64,000 nt of DNA from Paramecium tetraurelia (Eukaryota). The translations under genes were made by a program, and so were the position numbers. The notes under the pieces were generated by a model. That model was not told the DNA's origin. It did no database searches and saw only the letters and a program-made list of their open reading frames with translations. Shown one piece after another: positions 54,227 through 64,000 of this stretch. Each line of letters opens with the position of its first letter. Position 1 is the stretch's first letter. The stretch lies in assembly GCA_000165425.1 (NCBI GenBank), contig CT867989.1, positions 186,001-250,000 of the forward strand, given 5' to 3'.

Positions 54227-55399
54227 TCACCAAGTATACTCTGTTCTAAAATCGACCATTTTGCTGCGGTCACTACTAGGATATGACACTTATGAAACTG
54301 TGATTAATCTCTTTATTGCTTAAATATATTTTCTCTGAGTTTCATCATTTAAGATGTGAGCTATTTGTGAGCTTGAGATCTTTGATCTTCCAGTCCTTTC
54401 ATGAATACCAACCATTGTCACACCCATAGCTAATAGATTTTAAGATATTTTTACGCCATGGAGCATTTCCAATTGCCAATTCCAGGTATTTATCATATGC
54501 TCTTACATATTCTTTGTAGACACAAAATCGAATAATAAGATATAGTGCATTCAAGATCTCTTCATTAATTGACTGAACCATTTTTGCCTTGTGCAATTAA
54601 TCAGTTAGTGGTTTGATGTAATCAAGAGTTTATTTGTATGAATTAAATGCTTGAGATCCTTCTAAGCTCCTCTTAAGGGTTTCTGTATTAAATTTATCCA
54701 ACAACTTTATGTTCCATTCTCTCAACATTTTCTTACACCACATATAGACATCTTCACATCTCGTCAAAAGTGATACTCCATCCCATAATTGTGATTCAAT
54801 TTCTTCCTTTCCCTTGCATTGGAATACAGGAACAAGTGCGGTGCTTGGGTCTAGGTTTCTCTCCTTTATCTTATTAAGAAATGCCTTTATTTCCTCTTTA
54901 TCTTCTCCTTCTAAAATTTTGATTTCTAATTCCTTTTGTTTATTTTCTTTCTTTTCTTAAACAAATTCCATTAATCTCTTGTATCTCTACCAGTCACTCT
55001 CTCCAAAATAAGTAATTGGCTCTCCCAAATCTCTAAGTCTTTTTTGTACTTCCTTTTTCTCAATGGGAGGGAGATCTTAAGACATTTAGATTTCATCTTA
55101 TTAAATTTTATCTTTTTCTAAGTTAATGCATTATTGGTCTAGTCTTTTTATTGTGATCTTTTCAATTTCTTTTGTTTTATAATATTCATCTTATAATTTG
55201 AGTTTCTTAACTAACTTTTCATGCTATTATTGAATATAATTTAATGAAATACCTTTTCTCTTTCCCTTTCTCTTTAATCCTATAATAATTTTTGTCTTTC
55301 TTATTCGACTTTTGCCCTTTAATCTTAAATAGTTGTGAAATTGCCTTCTTTCGATTTTTTTTGTTCAATGAGTTTTTTTAATGATTAAAATTCTTGCAT
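54227..55399 (-). CDS. PRP18: Pre-mRNA splicing factor Prp18
   Basis: [13 protein letters not shown] (PRP4-like motif); [48 protein letters not shown]. Confidence 0.92.
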
Positions 55400-55462
55400 T
55401 ATAAAATACCTGATGTGAGTTAAGTATATTTTTAATATTTTTTTTAAGATTTTTATATACAT

Positions 55463-55663
55463 ATGAACACTCATACAATTAGTCAACCAAAACCATTAAT
55501 TCGACTTATTTAACAAATAAAAACCGATTCTGTGAGTGTCTCATCCACCCAATCCTACGAATCGCATTTCTCTGAGATTGAGAGACCAGAAAACCCTATG
55601 ATCAAGAACTTTATAGACAACTATGAAGATGATCTCGACACCTTCTTTGATCAATTGGAATGA
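55463..55663 (+). CDS. Small acidic protein (66 aa)
   Basis: MNTHTISQPK...ERPENPMIKNF..DTFFDQLE-TGA; higher GC than flanks. Confidence 0.55.
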
Positions 55664-55741
55664 AAGCTCTTAACCTTTGATTTGTGTTATTTTGTGTTAT
55701 ACATTAACTGAATAAATGTTGTTAATTATATATATTTATAC

Positions 55742-56371
55742 TCATAGTAACAGTGCTTATTTGAGAGGTATTAGTTACTACACCAACTTGTGCCTACTAT
55801 CCCGTTTTTAGCTATAGTCCCTCAGTTTCTCTATTATCTACTGACCTAATTAGTCAATTTTTAAACACAATTTATTAGCCTACGGAATCTCTAACAATTC
55901 TAACAACGACTATTCTTCATCCAATAGTTAGGACTCTAATTTTATATGACAATCCAAGGACTCCATGCTTTGCTTTTTACTATAATACACAATATTCTGA
56001 GATGAAACACTCTTTAAAGTTCTTTCTTTCAATTTGTTTTAATGTACTACTATTTCTTCATACTATTTGCAGGTTCTTTCTAGTAATGCCAATTGTTATT
56101 TGTAATCTTAAATTTTATGATTAAGATCCAAAAACAACAAATCAATATTAGTCTGATTGGTTCCACATATTTTGTTTAGTTCATGCAAGATAGTTCCATG
56201 ATTCTTATTGTTTTATAAGATTTCCTTATTTTATTCTTATAATTCACTCAATTATTTTAATAAAGTGGTTATTAATTGATTTTATTCTTGTTTCAATACC
56301 CTGTTCTCCTCTTCAAGCTCCTTTAACCTTATTTGTAGCTTATCCATCCGATTATCCTTTTTACAAGACAT
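55742..56371 (-). CDS. Coiled-coil hypothetical protein
   Basis: MSCKKDNRMDKLQIRLKELEEENRVLK...; TGA at 55742. Confidence 0.65.
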
Positions 56372-56848
56372 ATCTGTTATATAATTAACAAGAAAATATT
56401 AATAAATTTATGTGATACTATCATGTTATTCTATATTAATTAAGAGTTTTAATAAACTTCAGTAACATTAAATAATTTTGTTTTCAATTACTTCATTAAT
56501 GGTTAGTCTCATCTCATGGCTTATTATATAGTGTTATTTTCTTAAATGAATATAATTAATTCTTTTTCAATTATCCAACATTTTTATTTCCGGTAATTTG
56601 GTATTCATATTTAAAAGAATTACAAATTTGTACTAGATTAATGAACATATAATCTGAATTAGAAATGGAATCATCATTTTGTTATAATAATTTCCTTAAA
56701 ATATTTCTTACTCATTAATAATTGTAAATGGTTTTAAACTTTTGAGCATTTGTAGCAACTTTGAATCAATGTATTTGATTATTTAGTATCATCTATGAAA
56801 ACTCTTTATTTCCACTTAATATATAATTAGATATATTTTAATTAATTT

Positions 56849-57967
56849 TCACAATAATATTTTATATTTCTCAGTTGTTGGAACTGTATTTATTATCATA
56901 TGACCACTATAACCTATTGATGCCAAAACCCACGCAGTTCCTCTTGACCAACTTAATCCATAAATTGAGTCTTCATGTTCATCATACTGTTTAACCAAAT
57001 AATCATCTTCCTTGTTTAGTTAAGGGACAGATGAAACTGACGTAATATTATACAATGAAATTGTGCCATCATCAACTACATCTATAGATATTTAAGTTTA
57101 CATGATAATGAAACTAATTGATCATGAAATTTATTAAATTTTGCCTACAGAACTGAATTCTACAGATCTTCAAATGATTTAATTGCATATTATGTTTTAC
57201 GAATATCCCAAACTTTTGCCAAACAATCCTCCCCCCCAGTTATTAGATAATATTATTTATTGGGATTGAAATCTATATCCAATATTTATAGACTATGTGC
57301 TTTGAATTTGTTTACTCTAAAGGTGATAATTTTAATTACTTTTTTTCTCTTGTATCTTAAATACATAGATAGTTGTTTTAGGATCTAACAAATAAATTCT
57401 TATGATGTGGGTCTTATTCACATAAATTATAGAGATCATTGTCATCAATAATGTTGTCAAATGATTATTTATTCAAATCAAACTGAATAATGGATTTATT
57501 GGAACTCAAATAGATAATCGGATCATCTTCTGGACAAATAACACTAGAATTTAAAGTCTAATATTACTTCGTCAATCCTTCATACAACAAATCGAAATTT
57601 ACTTGATGCCTTCCGTTCTCAGCCAATTCAATACAACAAAGTTTTGTCTTTCTTTATTATGCTAAAATTTAACTTTAGTTATTACGATCAATGTAAATAA
57701 CATACAGTTATTCTTTTTTTGCTATGATCTTCTCCACCATTCCATTTATTGGTATTTTATACAATTATACAATCTTTTATTCCAATTCCAAATATTCATT
57801 CACATAGATCTGTATAAATAATTCAAATTCATTATTACTTCGTTATTTTTCTTAGCATTCCAAGTTCCTACAGCAAACACGTGTCTTTTGTTGAACACAA
57901 TGTTTGAAACACACCTGCAATTTTATTCACCAAAAGAAATTTACACAGGCTATGTTTATTAATCCAT
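56849..57967 (-). CDS. EIPR1: WD40 protein EIPR1/TSSC1
   Basis: IDFNPNKQYYLITGGED, EHEDSIYGLSWS..AWVLASIGYSG..NTVPTTEKYKILL C-terminus. Confidence 0.8.
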
Positions 57968-58102
57968 AAAATTATAATCATTTATGAATAAATTTTGAAC
58001 TATTTTTTATTATCAATAAATATTTCATACAATGCCTACCTCCTTAGGTTGCTTAATACAAAGACTTACCAAATGTAATAAATATATATATTGGATAATA
58101 AA

Positions 58103-58640
58103 TCAAGTTAGTTTTGAACCCTATTCCCTTTTTTCCTAGATTTTTTTAGTCACATTTTTTAAAGGCTTATTATTATGCATTCTTGTTTAATGTCTTTTTA
58201 GACCTGCAACATTTTTTACTTGCTTTCGGCATTCTGGGCATTATAACATTTTAGAAGCATCCACACTTAGTTTATTTTTTTTAATTTTTTTGGTCTCACT
58301 TTATATTGGCTTGGTTCCTTGCTCCATTGGAACATCGTCGTCACTTCCCAAACTAAAAAGATAAACCAATATCTTACTCGATCTCCATAGGAGTCTTCTA
58401 GCTTGGGGTTGGAGAATTTTGTTTCTATGAACTATAATCTTAGTTTTAAGGAGCCTCTGTGTTTTATTCCTGTAAGACTCGTTCTTAATCGATCAAAGTA
58501 GGAATGGTTAATTGATGAACTTCTGTATTGAATATGTCTATTCCTTTGGCCAATCTATCATGCTTTTCAGATAGAGCAGCACACTATTGGTAGAGTTAGG
58601 CGAGAGCATTCAAATGAACTGTTAAGGGGACGTATTACAT
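58103..58640 (-). CDS. Single C2H2 zinc-finger protein
   Basis: CPECRKQVKNVAGLKRHQTRMH; one 25-nt intron. Confidence 0.75.
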
Positions 58641-58796
58641 AATTAATTATTAAGAGAATTATTGAAGGAGCTGTTTTATATATTGATATCCTGATAATAT
58701 TTTTATCATATTATAAAATAGAGTATTTTAATTGTAAACTGTTTAATTTAAAGTTTAGTATGCTAATTATTTATTCATTAATTATTCAAAGTTTAT

Positions 58797-61700
58797 TCAT
58801 TTATGATTCATCGCTTCTTGATAGACCTCATAAAATAAAGAAGATTTGTCCTTCAATAATTCACTTGGTGATCCAGACTCCTTTAATTCTCCTTTGCTCA
58901 TAACAAAAATCCTATTCAAATATCACTTAAAATTGTACTTATCACAATGCAAAATAGTATTAATTCTATGAGCTATGGTAATCACTGTATGATCCTTGAA
59001 TAATCTCTAGATGGCCTATTATATTTTTTGTTCAGTCTCTATATCAATATTGGCTGTGGCTTCATCAACCAAGACTATTTTGCTTTTCTTCAATATGGCT
59101 CTTGCAATGCATATCAATTGTTTCTCTCCTGCACTCAAATTATCTCCTCCCTCATTTATAGAAGTATTTAATCCATTCCTATCATTGATCAATTATAATA
59201 GACAACATTCTTCGATTACCTTCATTATTTCTTCATCACTGCAAGTTTCCAAGGGATCTAAGTTTTACCTAATAGTTCCAGTAAAAATCACAGGATCTTA
59301 AAGTATGGTGGTGATTGATGACCTCAATCTTTAAATTTATACTTTTGAGATGTCTACATCATCTATTTCTATACGCCCTTATAAAGCTTCTACTATTCTC
59401 AAGATACTAAGTGTTATTGATGATTTCCCAGCTCCAGTTCTTCCTACAATACCTATCTTCTCTTAAGAATCAATAGAAAAACTTAAGTTTCTAAGAACTA
59501 ACGGCAGATTGCTTCTGTAATTTACTGAATAATTAATGAATTTAATTCTTCCCTGATTGGGCCATGATTATTCTACGGTTTTAACCTCTGCCAGATTCTC
59601 TGATTCGATCTTTGTATACTCTAAGCATCTCTCAAAGGATATCATATTATTTTCTAATAAGCTTAAAGAATCAACAGTTTATTGCACATTTCTATCCAAA
59701 CTAGCAGCAAATGTTAATATCAGTCCTGCAAACGAAGGATTACTGGTGTATAAAATGCAATAACCAATTGCAAAAGTATTTACTATTAGACTGGCAAACC
59801 CGAGAACTTATAGAAACCATGAACTAGCTGCAATTGAATAATTGACTATCTATTTATTATAATCTAATTTCTAGGCAAATTCCTTGATCACAAAATCGGA
59901 TTGAGAGTAAGCTCTTATAGTTGTCAACCCCATTAAAGATTAAGTAAAATAACTCAGAATTGGGCTTCGACTTATAAGTTCTAATCGTTGAAGTTCTCTA
60001 CTGGCTTTCATGTATAATCGTTGGATTTTCAAGCATATATAAAAGAAAATTATTAAGGGGAAAATGAGCAAGTATGTGCTAACATAGATACTTAATAAAT
60101 TGTTGCTCAGAATTTAGCTAATCTTAGTTGAAAATTAAGCAATATTAATGTGGATTTCAACGTCAAGAGAATTAATATCTTTAGTTAATCTATTCATGAT
60201 TCTGCCTAGTGGAACTCTTTCAAAGAATTTACATTGAGGTGCAAACATTAAACAATTGATCATATCATTGTGTATTTGGGAAGAGGACTTTATACTTTGT
60301 GATACAATCATTGCTGCTCTTATGTAGGCAAACATAGACTGTATAAATCCTAGGAATAGAAATACCCAAAAGTAAGTGATTTCGCTATAATGATCTGACA
60401 ATGAAGCATATCGACTAGTCCATTCTGTTACCCATAAATTAGCCATAATCTAACTGAGTATCCAAATTATCAGAACAATAAATAGGATAGTTTAAAAGAT
60501 TAAATTCTTTTTGTATTGCAGATACTTAATATATACTTCTTGATCGATTTCTCCCTTCTTCCTTTCTTCGATAGTCATCAAATCTGATTTAGTTTTATCC
60601 ATATCTTTAATTTACTCTTAATTCTAATCAATTTCCTTCTCGTCACCCAACTATACATCCTTACCTTGCGTGATATTTTAGTTCTCTTACTATTGGATAT
60701 CAAATTCAAATTTCTTTTCGATTTCTTGGAATATTAAGTTATTCTGCATCTTCTAATAATCACCTTATTCTATGATTTCTCCCTTCTACATCAAATAAAT
60801 GTAGTCTGTGTATTTACAGTAGTTTAATGCATGAGTAATCAGAATTCTAGTTTTTCCCTTCAAGAAATTGATGAAACACTCCTTCAATATGAAATTGCCA
60901 ACTTGAGCATCTACAGCACTCAAAGGATCATCCAATAAGAAGATTTCTGCTTTACTATAAATGGCTCTTGCTAAACTTATTCTAGCCTTTTGTCCTCCAG
61001 ATAAGTTGATTCCTTTCTCTCCAATCATAGTTTGATCTCCATGAATTAAGATCTCTAAATCCAGACTGAGACATGAATATTTAATGGCTTGTTCGTATAA
61101 TTGCTCATCATAAGCCTTACCAAACAATATGTTCTCTTGAACAGTGGCATTTTAAATCCATGGCTTCTATCCTACATAAGCAATAGGACTAGATCTATAG
61201 ACCTTTGGTTTCTCACCATTGATCTTGTAGATCATCTCTCCTAAAATGCTTTAAATCAATGAGGACTTCCCAGATCCGACATCTCCTATAATCGATACAA
61301 ACTTCCCCTTCTCCACTTTGATATTTATATTCTTCAAGATTTGTTAATCTTCAATACACTCCTTTCTCCAGAAAAAGTTGCCCTGAGTTATTTCTAAAGC
61401 AGAGGATGCAGCTGCAGCCTTGTTCTTACAATATAAGTCATTCATTAACTCATGACTATCTAAAAAGTTTTCTATTCTTTTTAAAGATACTTTGGTTTCT
61501 AAAAGGTCATTCAATGAAATTGGCAATAATTAAAGACTGGCAGCTAAAATAGAGAGCAATCCAATTATGGGAAAGGTCTTACTTGGGATTAATTGATTCC
61601 CCAAGAGTACATACAATCCAAAAGTAAAACTTAAAATCATTTAAGGGGATAGCCAACCCATGAACACATTTATCGAAAAATACTTCAATCTATCCTTTAT

Positions 61701-62715
61701 ACATTTCAGTTCAATTTATCTTAATTTGAAGATCTTTTCTTGAAAAAATTGTTCCAAAGCATTGATCTTAATAAATTTGATCATCTAAAACACTTCAGTT
61801 GTTTCCTTTACTCTATTATCCTTAGACTTTAAAACCAACTTTTATGCCTTAACTATTTGTTTTCCAACATAATTGTTTTGAAGTATGCTCAAAAAGATGA
61901 TTACTATACCTACTATCACAGAGCTGCCTATTTCTTTGTAAATGTAGGTTAGTGTAATACCTAACTTAAAAAGATTGATTACATAATTAAATTGGGATAA
62001 TAATCATATTGACTACGTTATTGGGAGCTTGTATGAGTCTCTGAACATCTACTTAAATCAAATTAGTAATTTCTCCTATAGACCTTTCAGTGTTGCTTAA
62101 CAATGAAATCTTGAGACATTTACTCATGATTTCTAAACTAATGACTGACATTATATCATATCCATAAACTTTCTTGATTAAATTTGTATTATTTTTACCA
62201 TCATGAATCTTGAGTGGGACATCGACAATAAATTGAGTATTCTTATTAGCATTACTAGGAAGATAAGTAATAAAGCTTAATGATAATCTTTATCTGATTC
62301 ATAAATGTATTCAATTATGTATTTTGTTAATAACGGCATAGCCAATTGACTAAAAAGTACCACCAATTAAATTAGAAATCCTTTCAAAAAATACTCTAGT
62401 TCATTAGCAAATAACATACATAAATAATATTTCAATATCAAATCAACTAAATTTTACTTTTTTTTTAGTTTTAAATGTTAAGAAAACTTGAGATGCCTAA
62501 AATATGATTATTGCGAAGATTCCAACTCATTAATTAGACTTTCATCCAATCCTTGTCTATAAGCTTTCTAAACATTTAAATTAAATACTTACATTCATTA
62601 TGGGATATACATAAACGAAGAATAATTTTTTAAACCAAGAAGGCTTTCTTAAGACTATTCCTTCTTCAAACATTATAGTTTATTAATTCTCCCAGATTAT
62701 AGAGGCAGAATCCAT
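58797..62715 (-). CDS. ABC transporter, ABCC/MRP subfamily
   Basis: NBD1 [31 protein letters not shown]2 [28 protein letters not shown]; two TMDs. Confidence 0.93.
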
Positions 62716-63450
62716 TATTAATTAATTTAATTTCTATTTTTACCTATTACAATATTCAAAATAACAATTATTTTTTTGTAACCTTTTTGTTTCCATTATT
62801 TCAATTGCCATTAGCATTCAGTTAAAACCTTATCTAGAAGTGTTTTTTATTCTTTAAGTTTTCATTATAATCATTATAGCTATCTATATACATAACTTAA
62901 AAAAACAAAACATAAAATAGGTTTATAAATTTATATATTTATTATAATTTAATAAATTTCTCAAGTGCACTTTGCATCCTAATAAAACGAAATAGTGTTT
63001 AATTACATTACTCTGTGAAATCTTAGCTTACACCTCTAAGTTTTCTAATTTTGGATTATTGAACTTGTTAGCTCTCTATAAATCTCAAATGATAGGAACA
63101 TTAACACATTACATTGACTAACGAGTGATTTAATCTAATAATTCATTAAAATAATTGTAGTATTTAGAAATGTTGAAATGAATGTGTAATTTTATTTTAC
63201 AAATCACCCTTTATTATCCTACAACAATTCTTAAAAATAAACTAATAGTACAAGATTCTACCCAAAAGATGGGAATCTTTTATAAAAATGAAGAAAGCAG
63301 AGATATACTTCAAATAATTATAATAAGCCTCTCATATGTTTTCTAAAATATTATATATTAAGATACTGTTATTTAGATTTTTGCTACTATTTATCAATAT
63401 GAACATATTTTCTTACATATTTGTTTATATAAAATACATATATTAATTTT

Positions 63451-64000
63451 TCATAAAGAGAGTTTCCATATTTTAATAGATTAAGTAGATGTAGCAATAA
63501 CATACTAATTTTCCTTTAATATTAATTCAGATCCAGGAGCACCATTATTCTCATTTGAAAATGTTAAAACCGGTTTTGTTTCCTTGATATCCCAGATTTT
63601 CAGAGTGTAATCATTACAAATTGACCCGAAATATTCTTAATTCTAAGCAATAGAAATGCTCCAGATCCAATTTTTACTATGACCTATGAATTCTCGAAGC
63701 AATTCATAATTATTGCCATTCCACAATTTTATCAACCCATCATAACCACTAGATATCATCAACTACCCATTCTGCAAATAATTAATAGATGATCCTCCAT
63801 ATTCACATTAATGTCCCTTCCATTAATGGAGTATATTTGCTGATTGCTAATCATAAACAATAATGAACTCATCCCTTCCTATGGTTGCAACTCTATTAGA
63901 TTTGATAGATATTGCACAACCATAGACATTTTGAGTATGTCCTTTGTAAACTTATTATGGCAATTTCTTATCAATATTCCATTAGATTGCTGTTTTGTCT
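63451..64000 (-). CDS. 3' part of a WD40-repeat protein (runs off window)
   Basis: GHTQNVYG, SSGYDGLIKLW, GSICNDYTLKIWD repeats; TGA at 63451. Confidence 0.8.

Overview
AT-rich, gene-dense ciliate macronuclear DNA, most likely Paramecium. Long frames open only if TAA/TAG are read as Gln with TGA as the sole stop (code 6), and genes carry tiny ~20-30 nt GT..AG introns, so the supplied standard-code ORF track is fragmented and many of its antisense ORFs are artefacts. Manual retranslation gives about 40 protein genes plus tRNA-Ser(CGA): MFS and ABCC transporters, a TM-anchored cyclic-nucleotide PDE, ciliary genes (Dpy-30/RSP2-like, CEP104, p28/DNALI1, DAW1-like, MORN proteins), two trichocyst matrix proteins, two kinases, eIF2B-gamma, isovaleryl-CoA dehydrogenase, Prp18, EIPR1 and an HSF. 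The most notable signal is a 121-nt first intron in the HSF DNA-binding domain. It is about 5x the normal length, can fold into a hairpin leaving about 27 nt unpaired, hides an in-frame alternative acceptor, and contains two HSE-like elements. Also notable are a frameshifted coiled-coil gene, degenerate AIG1-like GTPases, a PSI-TM-RING receptor-like ligase and a tandem pair of small secreted Cys-rich proteins. All coordinates, intron calls and folds were made by eye; no searches were run.
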